From Lama guanicoe (Eukaryota), in contig MU054187.1 of assembly GCA_013239625.1 (NCBI GenBank), positions 8,094,358 to 8,158,357 on the forward strand: a stretch of DNA of 64,000 bases. The letters run 5' to 3'. The translations under genes were made by a program, and so were the position numbers. Below are positions 63,306 through 64,000 of the stretch, in pieces; position 1 is the first letter of the stretch, and each line of letters opens with the position of its first letter. Below the pieces are notes generated by a model. The model was not told where the DNA came from. It saw nothing but the letters and a program-made list of their open reading frames with translations, and ran no database searches.

Positions 63306-64000
63306 ATCATCATTATTTTTACCTTATCATGAAGTTATCTTTTAAACCTTTAAAAATGGGATTGTCAAACTTTATTTAGATTATGTAATTGTTTAGAGTT
63401 TATTACCAAAGATGATAATATTTAAATTAAGAGCAAGAAATATTATATAAAAGCAGAGGAGAAGCCAGAAGGCATGGCTTCTTTTTATCAGGTGCAAGGT
63501 ACTCAGAGGGAAAAAAAAAAACATTGCTTTTTCTTTCAGTGTACTTGTTTTTTTGTTATGTCTTTCCTTTATTATTGTTCCTCATTCCTCTGAGTGGTTT
63601 TCCCTAATCATTCTTAAAATTCTACTTTTCTTTCTATTTTTCCCCTAATCTTCAAAATAGGATTAACTGAAACATCAAGAAAATTAAAATTTGGGTCTAT
63701 ATACACAAAATATTTTCTATTTGTATTTTACATATGTCTGTAATGCTAGAGCTTTTATAGATCTTTTTTCTCCTTACTTTTGTTGCTGGAGATGGGAAAG
63801 GAGTCCTCTTTTCTTTTAGTGTTAATATCCGGCAAGCCAATTCTAAGCCAGATCTCCACAGATATTTAAAAGGACATTCTCAGGGAGACACAGTCAGCAT
63901 GTGCTTTTCCTGAGGAATGTTGGAAGAACATAGGTTTTTTTTTTTTTAGAATAAAAGTAAGAAATAAAAGTCTAGAGTAGCTTCCAATAACCGTCTCAGC

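Noticed and set aside
1..64000. The supplied 60-145 aa ORFs as protein-coding genes
   Set aside because: They are short, often start at non-ATG codons, overlap each other and have random composition. Several fall in L1, L2 or simple repeats. Only 56394-56582 is recognisable, as an L1 ORF1p remnant.
1..64000. CRISPR arrays, prokaryotic operons or intact endogenous viral ORFs
   Set aside because: No regularly spaced repeats or long ORFs. The sequence is mammalian non-coding DNA.

Overview
Mammalian genomic DNA, AT-rich and CpG-poor. It is most likely camelid, based on a tRNA-Ala-derived vic-1-like SINE at 19.0-19.15 kb, cetartiodactyl-type L1 3' ends, and no Alu, Bov-tA or PRE-1 seen. I found no complete protein-coding gene, rRNA, true tRNA or CRISPR array. 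The supplied ORFs are short and look random or repeat-derived. The window reads as the interior of a very long intron or alternative-exon region, probably of a gene on the minus strand (inference); I could not name the gene. It carries many old repeats: L1, L2, MIR, MLT LTRs and hAT-Charlie MERs. Most notable: an ancient LF-SINE relic (~31.87-32.10 kb); two candidate internal promoters (dual full CRE at ~11.9 kb; NF-Y x2 / AP-1 / TATA at ~28.4-28.7 kb); a dense MEF2 / E-box / NBRE / tandem X-box cluster (~35.9-36.45 kb); a candidate minus-strand microexon array that splices into open frames (40.6-43.5 kb); a 177-nt exon-like segment with one in-frame stop (~49 kb); and a nested, inverted L1 pair (~25.3-25.7 kb). 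Repeat families were assigned from remembered consensus sequences. Exon and promoter calls rest on motifs only and need RNA or conservation data.
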